From Candidatus Roslinia caecavium (GTDB lineage Bacteria; Bacillota; Clostridia; Monoglobales; Monoglobaceae), in NCBI GenBank assembly GCA_904419955.1, contig CAJFTO010000009.1, positions 4,298 through 68,297 on the forward strand: a stretch of DNA of 64,000 nt, written 5' to 3'. The notes under the pieces are model-generated. The model was not told the origin of the DNA. It made no database searches and was given only the letters and a program-made list of their open reading frames with translations. Both the position numbers and the translations under genes were made by a program. Positions 41,567 to 50,395 of the stretch are shown here, one piece after another (the stretch's first letter is position 1; each line of letters opens with the position of its first letter).

Positions 41567-42283
41567 ATGCAGAAATTGGAACAACTATATGAGGGAAAGG
41601 CTAAGAAAGTATTTAAAACGGACGATCCCGAAGTGTTGATAGTAGATTATAAGGACGACGCTACGGCTTTTAACGGCGAGAAAAAGGGAACTATCCAGTC
41701 TAAGGGTATCATCAACAACCGAGTTACTAATCACTTAATGAAGATGCTTGCCGAAAAGGGGATCCCCACGCATCTTATCGAAGAGATCTCGGACAGAGAG
41801 ACTCTTGTAAAAAAAGTCGATATAATACCTTTGGAGGTAATAATAAGAAACGTGGCCGCCGGTTCGTTTTCTAAGCGTTACGGCGTTGAGGAGGGCGTTG
41901 AATTTAAAAGCCCGACGCTCGAGTTCAGCTATAAAAACGACGATCTCGGAGATCCGCTTATGAACAGCTATCACGCTATCGCTTTAGGCGTTGCGACGAG
42001 AGAGGAGCTCGATCAAATAGCCGAGTATGCGTTTAAGGTAAACGATATTTTAAAGGAATACTTGATCGGTCTTGGCATAAAGCTTATCGACTTTAAGCTT
42101 GAGTTTGGAAAGACTTCGGACGGAACGATCGTTCTCGCAGACGAGATCTCGCCCGACACGTGCAGATTCTGGGACGCCGAGACGAACGAGAAGCTCGATA
42201 AGGACCGCTTCAGAAGAGATATGGGCAACGTTGAAGACGCCTACGAAGAGATAATGAGACGTCTTATGGGCGAAGAGGTTTAA
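41567..42283 (+). CDS. purC: phosphoribosylaminoimidazole-succinocarboxamide synthase
   Basis: 238 aa, [24 protein letters not shown]. Confidence 0.95.
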   Translation: MQKLEQLYEGKAKKVFKTDDPEVLIVDYKDDATAFNGEKKGTIQSKGIINNRVTNHLMKMLAEKGIPTHLIEEISDRETLVKKVDIIPLEVIIRNVAAGSFSKRYGVEEGVEFKSPTLEFSYKNDDLGDPLMNSYHAIALGVATREELDQIAEYAFKVNDILKEYLIGLGIKLIDFKLEFGKTSDGTIVLADEISPDTCRFWDAETNEKLDKDRFRRDMGNVEDAYEEIMRRLMGEEV

Positions 42284-42433
42284 GTTTTGCGTTTACGCTC
42301 AATAATGTTTATTGGGGTATGCGGCCTAATTTTGTCGAACGTTCGTTGAGTTGATAGGCGTTATGAAATCGAACGTTTGATTTTAGATTATAATTTTGCT
42401 ATGCTAAGAAAAAACACATTAGGAGGATATTCT

Positions 42434-43879
42434 GTGAGCAAATACGAGGATATTTTAGGCGCGGATTCGGTACATGAAGAATGCGGAGTATTTGGTATTT
42501 ACGACATGGGAGACGGTTTGGATGTTTCCAGACTCACATATTACGGATTATATGCTCTGCAGCACAGAGGTCAGGAAAGCTGCGGTATAGCTGTAAACAA
42601 TTTATATGAAAACGATAAAATTGAGATATTGCAGTACAAGGATATGGGATTGGTTCAGGAAGTGTTCAATAACCTGATCCTAAACGAACTTAAAGGGAGA
42701 GCGGCGGTAGGACACGTCAGATACACCACCGCCGGTTCGAGCAGCAGAATGAACGCCCAGCCGCTTGTGTCTAAATATCAGAAGGGAACATTCGCCCTGG
42801 TCCACAACGGCAATCTTGTCAATGTTGAAAGTATGCGCAAAGAACTTGAAGACAAGGGCGCTATTTTTCAGACCAATAACGACAGCGAGATAATAGCTCA
42901 TTTGATGGCCAAAGAGCGGATTAAAACCAATTCTACCGCAGAGGCGATGCTGAAGCTGATGGGAGAGATCAGCGGCGCTTATTCGATCATAATCCTGACT
43001 CCAAAGAGGATGGTCGTAGCGCGCGATCCCCAGGGATTTAAGCCGCTTTGCATGGGCATGATCGGCAAGTCGTACGTATTTGCGAGCGAATCCTGCGCTC
43101 TCGACGCGGTGGGCGCCGAGTTTGCGCGCGACGTCGAGCCGGGAGAAGTGATAGTGATAGACGAGGACGGGCTTAAGTCGTACCGCGACAGATGCGGACA
43201 GAAGTCGGCGTTATGCGTGTTTGAATATATTTACTTCGCGCGTCCGGACAGCGTGATAGACGGAGAGAGCGTTCACAGAGCGAGATTGGACGCGGGTAAG
43301 TATTTGGCTCAGGAGAGTCCGGTCGACGCCGACGTGGTGATCGGAGTGCCTGATTCGGGTCTTGACGCGGCGCTCGGATATTCGAGAGAATCTAAGATAC
43401 CGTACGGCGTTGGATTTATAAAAAACAGATATATAGGACGAACCTTTATCCAGCCGACGCAAGCGGAACGCGAGATGGCGCTTAAAATAAAGCTCAACGC
43501 TATGAGAGACGCTGTCGAAGGAAAAAGGGTCATAATGATAGACGATTCTATAGTAAGAGGCACTACGTCCGGCAGGATCGTCAAACTGCTGCGCGACGCG
43601 GGAGCTAAAGAGGTTCACGTCAGGGTATCGTCGCCGCAGTTTAAAAACCCTTGCTATTTTGGAACGGATATTCCGAACAGAGACAGTCTTATCGCCTGTC
43701 ATATGTCGGTAGAGGAGACGCGTAAGCATATAGGCGCGGATTCTCTGGCGTATCTGTCTATAGAATCGATGAAGAAACTGGCGCAAAATTCAAAATGCGG
43801 ACATTGCGACGCTTGTTTCACGGGCGAGTATCCGGTGTATGTGCCGCAGGAGAATAACACGGAAGCGCTTAACAATTAA
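42434..43879 (+). CDS. purF: amidophosphoribosyltransferase
   Basis: GTG 42434 has AGGAGG 7 nt upstream. Propeptide then ECGVFGIY (catalytic Cys). PRPP motif VIMIDDSIVRGTT. C-terminal Fe-S cysteines. Confidence 0.9.
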   Translation: MSKYEDILGADSVHEECGVFGIYDMGDGLDVSRLTYYGLYALQHRGQESCGIAVNNLYENDKIEILQYKDMGLVQEVFNNLILNELKGRAAVGHVRYTTAGSSSRMNAQPLVSKYQKGTFALVHNGNLVNVESMRKELEDKGAIFQTNNDSEIIAHLMAKERIKTNSTAEAMLKLMGEISGAYSIIILTPKRMVVARDPQGFKPLCMGMIGKSYVFASESCALDAVGAEFARDVEPGEVIVIDEDGLKSYRDRCGQKSALCVFEYIYFARPDSVIDGESVHRARLDAGKYLAQESPVDADVVIGVPDSGLDAALGYSRESKIPYGVGFIKNRYIGRTFIQPTQAEREMALKIKLNAMRDAVEGKRVIMIDDSIVRGTTSGRIVKLLRDAGAKEVHVRVSSPQFKNPCYFGTDIPNRDSLIACHMSVEETRKHIGADSLAYLSIESMKKLAQNSKCGHCDACFTGEYPVYVPQENNTEALNN

Positions 43880-44126
43880 AAAAGTGAAAATATACGATTA
43901 GAAATCGTCGGGCAAATGAAGCGCGCGCTTGTTCGGCGGTATGAAATAGGAGTTAGAAATGTATTATATCCGCAGAATCGAACTTGCGGAGGAGCATAGG
44001 TTTAATTCATTCATACTCCTATTTTGTTTTATTTAGAAATATTTATCAGCGAAAAGGTTTTGAGTACTAAATAGAACGATAAAAATAAATAAGTATCCGA
44101 GGCCGGAGATATTTAAGGAGAGAAAT

Positions 44127-45659
44127 ATGCAGAACGAAACGATTGTAATTATTGATTTTGGGGGTCAGTATAACCAATTAATAGCGAGAAACGTGCGTGA
44201 AGCTAACGTTTATTGCGTTGTATTGCCATATACTAAAAGTATTGATGAGATAAAAGCGTATTCGCCGAAGGGAATAATATTCACGGGCGGCCCTAACAGC
44301 GTATTCGACGAGAACGCGCCTAAGGTCGATCCTGAGATATTTGAATTGGGAGTTCCGGTTCTTGGAATATGCTACGGCGCTCAGCTCATGAGCATGACGC
44401 TTGGCGGGACCGTCGTACACGCGGACACGAGAGAGTACGGCGTTATAGATATAGAACTTTCGGACAGCGAATTGTTCGACGGGATCGAGAGAAAGAGCAG
44501 GTGTCTTATGAGCCATACCGATAAGGTAGAGGCGCTCCCGGACGGATTCAAGGTGATAGCTCATACTGCGGATTGTCCTCTTGCGGCGTTTGAAAACGCT
44601 GAAAAAGGATTTTACGGGGTCCAGTTCCATCCCGAAGTTAAGCATACGCCTTTCGGCAAGGCGCTTATGCATAATTTCCTGTATAATATATGCAAAGTGT
44701 CCGGCGATTGGACGATGGCGGATTACGCGAAGAGATATATTGAAAGCGCGCGGGAGAAGATCGGCGACAAAAAAGTATTATGCGCCCTCTCCGGCGGGGT
44801 CGACAGCAGCGTAGCCGCGGTGCTGCTCTATAAGGCTATAGGCAAACAGCTCACCTGTATATTTGTGGATCACGGTCTGCTTCGTAAAAACGAAGGCGAC
44901 GAGGTGGAGGAGATATTTACAAAGCAGTTCGACATAAATATGATCAGAGTAAACTGCGAGGACAGATTTTTGGGCAAGTTAAAGGGCGTGAGCGATCCTG
45001 AGACGAAGCGCAAAATAATAGGCGAAGAGTTTATACGCGTATTTGAAGAAGAGGCGAAAAAGGTCGGCCGTGTGGATTATCTGGTACAGGGCACTATCTA
45101 TCCCGACGTAATAGAGAGCGGAGCGGGCGACGCGTCGGTAATCAAGAGCCACCATAACGTAGGCGGACTTCCCGACCACGTTGATTTTAAGGAGATAATC
45201 GAGCCGCTCAGAAGCCTGTTCAAGGACGAAGTGCGCAAGCTTGGATTAGAGCTCGGCATACCCGATTATTTAGTATGGAGACAGCCGTTCCCGGGTCCCG
45301 GACTCGCGATAAGATGTATCGGCGAGATAACGAAGGATAGATTAGAGATATTAAAAGACGCGGACTACATCTTCCGCGAGGAGATAAAGAACGCCGGCTT
45401 AGACCGCGATATAAACCAATACTTCGCCGTTATAACCAACATGCGCAGCGTAGGCGTAATGGGCGACGAGCGTACGTACGATTACACAGTAGCGCTCAGA
45501 GCGGTAACGACGACCGACTTCATGACCGGCGACTGGGCTAAGATCCCGTACGAGGTCTTAGATAAAGTAAGCCGCAGGATCGTCAACGAGGTGAAACACG
45601 TGAATAGGATCGTGTATGATATTACTTCTAAGCCGCCCGCTACTATTGAGTGGGAATGA
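44127..45659 (+). CDS. guaA: GMP synthase (glutamine-hydrolysing)
   Basis: 510 aa. GATase [11 protein letters not shown]-PPase LSGGVDSSV, canonical C-terminal PPATIEWE. Confidence 0.97.
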   Translation: MQNETIVIIDFGGQYNQLIARNVREANVYCVVLPYTKSIDEIKAYSPKGIIFTGGPNSVFDENAPKVDPEIFELGVPVLGICYGAQLMSMTLGGTVVHADTREYGVIDIELSDSELFDGIERKSRCLMSHTDKVEALPDGFKVIAHTADCPLAAFENAEKGFYGVQFHPEVKHTPFGKALMHNFLYNICKVSGDWTMADYAKRYIESAREKIGDKKVLCALSGGVDSSVAAVLLYKAIGKQLTCIFVDHGLLRKNEGDEVEEIFTKQFDINMIRVNCEDRFLGKLKGVSDPETKRKIIGEEFIRVFEEEAKKVGRVDYLVQGTIYPDVIESGAGDASVIKSHHNVGGLPDHVDFKEIIEPLRSLFKDEVRKLGLELGIPDYLVWRQPFPGPGLAIRCIGEITKDRLEILKDADYIFREEIKNAGLDRDINQYFAVITNMRSVGVMGDERTYDYTVALRAVTTTDFMTGDWAKIPYEVLDKVSRRIVNEVKHVNRIVYDITSKPPATIEWE

Positions 45660-46380
45660 TAAACAATATCCATAAATCCGCATAAAAGGGATAAACTGAT
45701 TGAAAAATGGGGGCTCTTAAAGAGAAAGAACGCGGATATGGAACATAAAATATCTACTTATAAGTACGTAAGGACGTAGAAGAATATGCACCGCACGCTG
45801 CAATAAAGATGAAAGAAAATGCTGGCCTTAAAATAATGGAGCATCTGCCTTTTATGTCGGCAAAGACTTGAAAATAAAAAGTTGTTAGACCTTTTATGAA
45901 AAGCTGATTGAAATAATTCAAGGCCTTACTCGAAGATGTTACCAAGCAGAAAAAGAGGAGCAAAGATTTGATGAAAAAATTCCAAAGCTTATGAAGAAAA
46001 GGTACGTTATAAGTTAAAAGCTTGGAACTTGAATAAGGAAATAACCAAATAAAAGTACAGTTTCGTGCTTACAGCAGAATCAAATGTCATCTTGGTGTAG
46101 ATAAGGTTAAGGAATTGCTTAAAACTATCATCGCCTCATACAAAGAAACTATAATAGGCGTGTTGTGCAAGAAAGATAAAATATTTCTGTCTAATAACCA
46201 GTACTGGGATGTACCACATTCCAGTGTTGGTGGTTAGGTGGATAAGGTAATTTATTCAGTGATTGTATATGTAAAATAAAAAATAATTTTTTGTAAAGTT
46301 GGCTTTTGACGCGCTAGTGATTGTATTTATACTATCATACCAAAAAATTGTGCAAAACATAGAAAAGTTAGAAAATGATA

Positions 46381-46409
46381 TTGACATTATTCGAGCTTTA
46401 GTATATAAT
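46381..46409 (+). promoter_or_regulatory. perfect-consensus sigma-A promoter ahead of the DpnI-like cassette
   Basis: TTGACA (46381-46386), 17-nt spacer, TATAAT (46404-46409). Confidence 0.6.
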
Positions 46410-46519
46410 AATATATGATTGGAGTGCATGATTATGAAATATATATCGGCAAGAGATGCAGCTCAAAATAGGTGCTAAAATGGTTGTAATTAATGCAAAC
46501 AGACAAGGAGCGAAATTGT

Positions 46520-47290
46520 ATGAACCTTGCGTTTGATAATAATATTATTGAAACTTATCATTCAAGAACACAAATAGCACGAGTATTGACGGAAAATTGG
46601 GTAAATGAAAATATGTATTGTCCACGATGTGGAAATTCACATATCAAACATTTTGAGAACAATCGTCCTGTTGCGGATTTTTATTGTCCTACTTGCAATA
46701 ATGAATATGAATTGAAGAGCAAAGATGGAACTTTAGGTCATAAGATAAACGACGGTGCTTACAGTACGATGATTGAAAGAATAACGGGTAACAATAATCC
46801 TGATTTTTTCTTTATGAGTTATTCAAAACAAGAGCTAAAAGTAAAAAATTTTATTTTAATTCCCAAACACTTTTTTGTTCCTGATATTATTGAAAAACGA
46901 AAACCATTGGCACCGACTGCACGTCGTGCCGGCTGGATTGGTTGCAATATTTTGATTGACAAAATCCCTGAACAAGGGAGAATTGATATAATATCAAATG
47001 GTGAAATAGTAAACATAGAGTATGTTATAAATAAAGTAAATAAAAGCAATCGACTTGAAACAAATGATATAAATAGCCGCGGTTGGCTTATGGATATTTT
47101 GAATTGTGTTAATAATATGTCATCAAAGACATTTACATTAGAAGAAATGTATCAATTCGAGAATGTATTGCATATCAAACATCCTAAAAATAATAATATC
47201 AGACCTAAAATAAGACAGCAGTTGCAATTTTTAAGAGATAAAGGATTTATTGAGTTTTTAGGTAATGGTCAATACAAAAAAATAGTTTGA
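46520..47290 (+). CDS. DpnI-family methyl-directed (type IIM) restriction endonuclease
   Basis: ATG 46520 has AAGGAG 9 nt upstream. Collinear with my recollection of S. pneumoniae DpnI: ETYHSRTQIARVLTENWV, CPRCG, FENNRPVADFYCPTC, YELKSK, INDGAY, KPLAPTARRAGWIGCNI, RQQLQFLRDKGFIEF. Confidence 0.85.
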   Translation: MNLAFDNNIIETYHSRTQIARVLTENWVNENMYCPRCGNSHIKHFENNRPVADFYCPTCNNEYELKSKDGTLGHKINDGAYSTMIERITGNNNPDFFFMSYSKQELKVKNFILIPKHFFVPDIIEKRKPLAPTARRAGWIGCNILIDKIPEQGRIDIISNGEIVNIEYVINKVNKSNRLETNDINSRGWLMDILNCVNNMSSKTFTLEEMYQFENVLHIKHPKNNNIRPKIRQQLQFLRDKGFIEFLGNGQYKKIV

Positions 47291-47299
47291 GGTGCTACT

Positions 47300-47500
47300 A
47301 TGAAGAAATATACAATTGCGATAGAAGAAACCGTTGTAGATCAATTTGAAATAGAAGCAAATGATTTTATTGAGGCTATAGATATTGCAAAAGAAAAATA
47401 TCGTAAAGGTGAGCTTGTAGTTTCTCCTGGAGAAGTGCAATTCAGACAAATTGCTGTAATATCACCATCTTGTGATTGTACTGAATGGAGTGAATTTTAA
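47300..47500 (+). CDS. DpnD/PcfM-like small protein
   Basis: 66 aa, starting 10 nt after the DpnI-like stop, with RBS GAGGTG. Pattern MKKYTIAIEETVVDQFEIEANDFIEAIDIAKEKYRKGELVV resembles the DpnD/PcfM family. Same position as dpnD in the pneumococcal DpnI cassette. Confidence 0.6.
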   Translation: MKKYTIAIEETVVDQFEIEANDFIEAIDIAKEKYRKGELVVSPGEVQFRQIAVISPSCDCTEWSEF

Positions 47501-48156
47501 TTCATGACGCCAAATGGCGCGGGAATTGGTCGCCTTATATCCCAAGAAATATTATACTTCGATATTCTAAAGAGGGAGAGCTTGTATTAGATCAATTCGC
47601 CGGCGGCGGCACTACTCTTATTGAAGCGAAGCTTTTAAATCGGGATATAATCGGCGTTGATGTAAATGATGCGGCGCTTGACAGATGCAGAGAAAAAACA
47701 GATTTTGATTATGAACCTGCGAAAGGAAAAGTGCATATAAAAAAAGGCGATGCAAGAAATCTTGATTTTATACACGATGATAGTATTGATTTAATATGTA
47801 CGCATCCGCCGTATGCGAATATTATCAAATACAGCGACGGAATTGATGGAGATTTGTCACAATTAAAAATTAAAGACTTTCTTGGAGAAATGAATAAGGT
47901 TGTAGCTGAAAGCTATCGGGTGCTTAAAAATGACAAGTTTTGTGCTGTTCTGATGGGTGATACACGTCAAAAAGGACATATGATACCGATGTCTTTTGAG
48001 GTGATGCGTATTTTTGAGGATGCGGGGTTTAAATTGAAAGAGCTGATCATAAAAGAACAGCATAATTGCAAGGCAACAGGGTATTGGAAAACAAATAGCG
48101 TGAAATATAATTTTTTGCTGATTGCACACGAGTATTTGTTTGTGTTTAGAAAGTGA
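47494..48156 (+). CDS. SAM-dependent amino-methyltransferase (DNA N6A/N4C type) without a canonical start codon; possibly frameshifted or 5'-truncated
   Basis: The frame is open from 47494. Motif I VLDQFAGGGTTLIEA, then GVDVN and GDARN, motif IV CTHPPY. The first in-frame ATG/GTG/TTG is GTG 47731, downstream of motif I. ATG 47504 is in a different frame and stops after 24 codons. Confidence 0.55.
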   Translation: MLIHDAKWRGNWSPYIPRNIILRYSKEGELVLDQFAGGGTTLIEAKLLNRDIIGVDVNDAALDRCREKTDFDYEPAKGKVHIKKGDARNLDFIHDDSIDLICTHPPYANIIKYSDGIDGDLSQLKIKDFLGEMNKVVAESYRVLKNDKFCAVLMGDTRQKGHMIPMSFEVMRIFEDAGFKLKELIIKEQHNCKATGYWKTNSVKYNFLLIAHEYLFVFRK

Positions 48157-48166
48157 GGTGCGAACA

Positions 48167-48940
48167 TTGAATTTTATACATCATGATTTAGGTAATCTTG
48201 AAAAAGGAAGAATAGTTGAAATTGTTCTTCAAGGAAATGCTGCAAATGTGCAGCTATTAGACTCATCAAATTTTAGCAGTTATAAAAACGGAAAACGCTA
48301 TCGTTATATAGGAGGACTTGCGAAAAAATCTCCAATTCGTTTACAAACAACGCATTATAGCCATTGGCATGTAGCGGTTGATCTGCGCGGATTAGGTGGT
48401 AATGTGAAAAGTTCTGCCCGTGTTTTGCCCAAAGCTCTACCAGCAATCAATCAACAACCATTAGCTTCGATGCCTTCTTTACTACATAATCGCGGTTTAG
48501 GGATAGATGTGGACGTTGATATCGAACCAGAGTACGATGTTTTCATATCTCATGCTTCAGAAGATAAGGATGCAGTGGTGCGCCCTTTAGCTAACGCTTT
48601 GCGAGACAAAGGCATAAAAGTGTGGTATGATGAATTTGAAATGAAAATTGGTGACAGTCTGCGAAGAAAAATAGATAAAGGTCTTGCAAACAGCCGGTTT
48701 GGTATCGTGGTTATATCTAAAGATTTTATTAAAAAAGGCTGGACTAATTATGAGTTAGATGGTATTATTACCAAGGCTATATCAGGAGAACAGATCGTAC
48801 TCCCAATTTGGCACAATATTACCAAAAAGGAGGTAATTGATTTTAGCCCTTCTTTGGCAGATAAATTAGCTCGTAATACGGCTATCAACACTATTGATGA
48901 GATCGCTTCGGAAATAGCTGACTTAATTCAATCGGCATAA
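48167..48940 (+). CDS. DUF1883-like N-terminal domain fused to a TIR domain
   Basis: TTG 48167 follows GTGAGGTG, 10 nt after the methyltransferase stop. The N-terminus reads NFIHHDLGNLEKGRIVEIVLQGNAANVQLLDSSNF..YIGGLAKKSPIRL..HWHVAVDL. TIR hallmarks are YDVFISHASEDKD, VWYDEFEMKIGDSL, GIVVISKDF and WTNYEL (candidate catalytic Glu). Confidence 0.8.
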   Translation: MNFIHHDLGNLEKGRIVEIVLQGNAANVQLLDSSNFSSYKNGKRYRYIGGLAKKSPIRLQTTHYSHWHVAVDLRGLGGNVKSSARVLPKALPAINQQPLASMPSLLHNRGLGIDVDVDIEPEYDVFISHASEDKDAVVRPLANALRDKGIKVWYDEFEMKIGDSLRRKIDKGLANSRFGIVVISKDFIKKGWTNYELDGIITKAISGEQIVLPIWHNITKKEVIDFSPSLADKLARNTAINTIDEIASEIADLIQSA

Positions 48941-49076
48941 CCTACAGATAGAAAGGAAAGCCAAAATTATTACATCCATTATTCAACAAAGTCTGAAAAT
49001 TTAATGGGTCTATCCCGTATTTTGGAGTTTGCACAAAACGCGGGATAGATCCTCCAAGTGTGAAAAAACGCGTATA

Positions 49077-49247
49077 TTATTGCTTCTTACACCCGTTCTT
49101 TTCGCATGTAATAGCTTGAGGTGTTTCAACCCAATCTTCAGGATTATCATCTATTCTGGCGCCACAACCAGTATAATTTCCTTTTCTTACATGAATTTTG
49201 CCATTTTCAGACTTGCTTGTGTCTTTTCCGATATATTTTATGTTCAC
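49077..49247 (-). CDS. 56-aa Cys-containing small protein of unknown function
   Basis: GTG start 5 nt after GGGAGGTG. Sequence VNIKYIGKDTSKSENGKIHVRKGNYTGCGARIDDNPEDWVETPQAITCEKNGCKKQ. Below the ORF-track cutoff. Convergent with the TIR gene. Confidence 0.5.
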   Translation of the reverse strand: MNIKYIGKDTSKSENGKIHVRKGNYTGCGARIDDNPEDWVETPQAITCEKNGCKKQ

Positions 49248-49509
49248 ATCTTCACCTCCCTTCTTTTTGTGAGATTGTTTATAAATTGATTAGATTTTGC
49301 TTGATACAAAGTCAAATTTTTAAATTATTTCGTATTACTTTGTAGACTTCTTAAAATATTATTCGTTCTTTGATAATCATAGCTTATGTCTAACCATCAT
49401 ATTATTTATTATAACATATGAGTTTAAGTTAGTCAACTGAAAAAGATAATAAATTTCAAAAAATTATTTGCAATTATCTAACAAGTGATGTATTATTAAA
49501 TTAATTTGA

Positions 49510-49713
49510 GCGACAAAAGGAATCTTCATCACTACGGCTCAATTCTCAAAAGAGGCGCTTGATTTTGCCAAAAAGCAACTACATAGCAAAATTGTCCTCG
49601 TAGACGGGAAACAGCTGACGAAACTCATGATAGATTACGATCTCGGCGTATCTACTGTCGCGACGTACAAGGTCAAACGTATCGACTCGGATTTCTTTAA
49701 TGAAGACGTATGA
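49510..49713 (+). pseudogene. C-terminal remnant of an Mrr-type (type IV) restriction endonuclease
   Basis: Reads GIFITTAQFSKEALDFAKKQLHSKIVLVDGKQLTKLMIDYDLGVSTVATYKVKRIDSDFFNEDV, which parallels the E. coli Mrr C-terminus (GVFITTSGFT..VLVDGERLVHLMIENEVGVS..DMDYFE). No upstream coding continuation (stop at 49507). GC is visibly higher than its surroundings. Confidence 0.7.
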
Positions 49714-49888
49714 TCATATCGACGCGTTTAGAAAATGAAAATTTGTACGTTTGGCACTTTTTATCGGAATCGTGCGCGTTCCGGCTCGGCTTCCAATTTT
49801 GTTGACCATGCGAATAGATTTTTTTAATCCATATGCTAAAATATTCAATATCGTTAACAAATAAATTTAAAAGTCTATATAATTTCAT

Positions 49889-49928
49889 CGCGCCTTCGCG
49901 GATCGTCCGGGAGGCGCGCAATTTTTTT
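49889..49928 (+). terminator. GC-rich rho-independent terminator downstream of the mrr remnant
   Basis: Stem cgcgccttc / gggaggcgcg followed by caattttttt. Confidence 0.6.
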
Positions 49929-50395
49929 ACCTTGGTTAAAAACTTTCAAAATTATTTGCGTTGATATTCTCGGCCTGAGAGTATATAATAGTAATTGCTT
50001 AAACTGCGCGCTCAAAGTTATACGGCCGCGTAGCCGTCCGCTACGGCGGCGTTAGGTTTCGGACGGATATTATAAAAGTTCGAGGAAGTATGGCTTCAAA
50101 GCGCTCATTTAGGGTATGGCTGAACGAATGTTGAAAAATACTTATAGATTTTTATGTAAATAGAATAAGAGGTTAGTATATAAACTAAATATATATAATG
50201 CTAAAATATATTTGATAACATAATGTTAACTCATCAATGGCCGAGTAGATTTGTCGACAGTCTTTGTAGAATGATAACGGGGAGCTGATATTACATTTTT
50301 TGTTCTCAAATAGGGTTTAGATTATTATATTTATCATTTATTACCCAGCTAATTATAGTTAGTTTGTATAAAAATAAAAAAGGAGTTGTGAAAAA

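Noticed and set aside
43880-44126. Possible purine/guanine riboswitch before guaA (and 41249..41566 before purC).
   Set aside because: The hairpins present (ccgcagaatcgaacttgcgg; aggagcatag..catactcct plus a T-run) look like a terminator or attenuator. The conserved purine-riboswitch loop sequences were not found.
46434-46478. 14-codon ORF MKYISARDAAQNRC between the cassette promoter and the DpnI-like gene. It has its own RBS, and the N-terminus resembles the start of small HTH (controller or excisionase-like) proteins.
   Set aside because: It stops after 14 codons, too short for an HTH domain. It is most likely a truncated remnant or an incidental leader ORF, so it is not called as a gene.
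49029-49345. Plus-strand ORFs 49029..49289 and 49121..49345, and minus-strand ORF 49697..49921.
   Set aside because: They are low-complexity, Phe/Leu/Ile-rich translations of AT-rich DNA without an RBS. The first two overlap the better-supported minus-strand 56-codon gene, and the last overlaps the mrr remnant and terminator.
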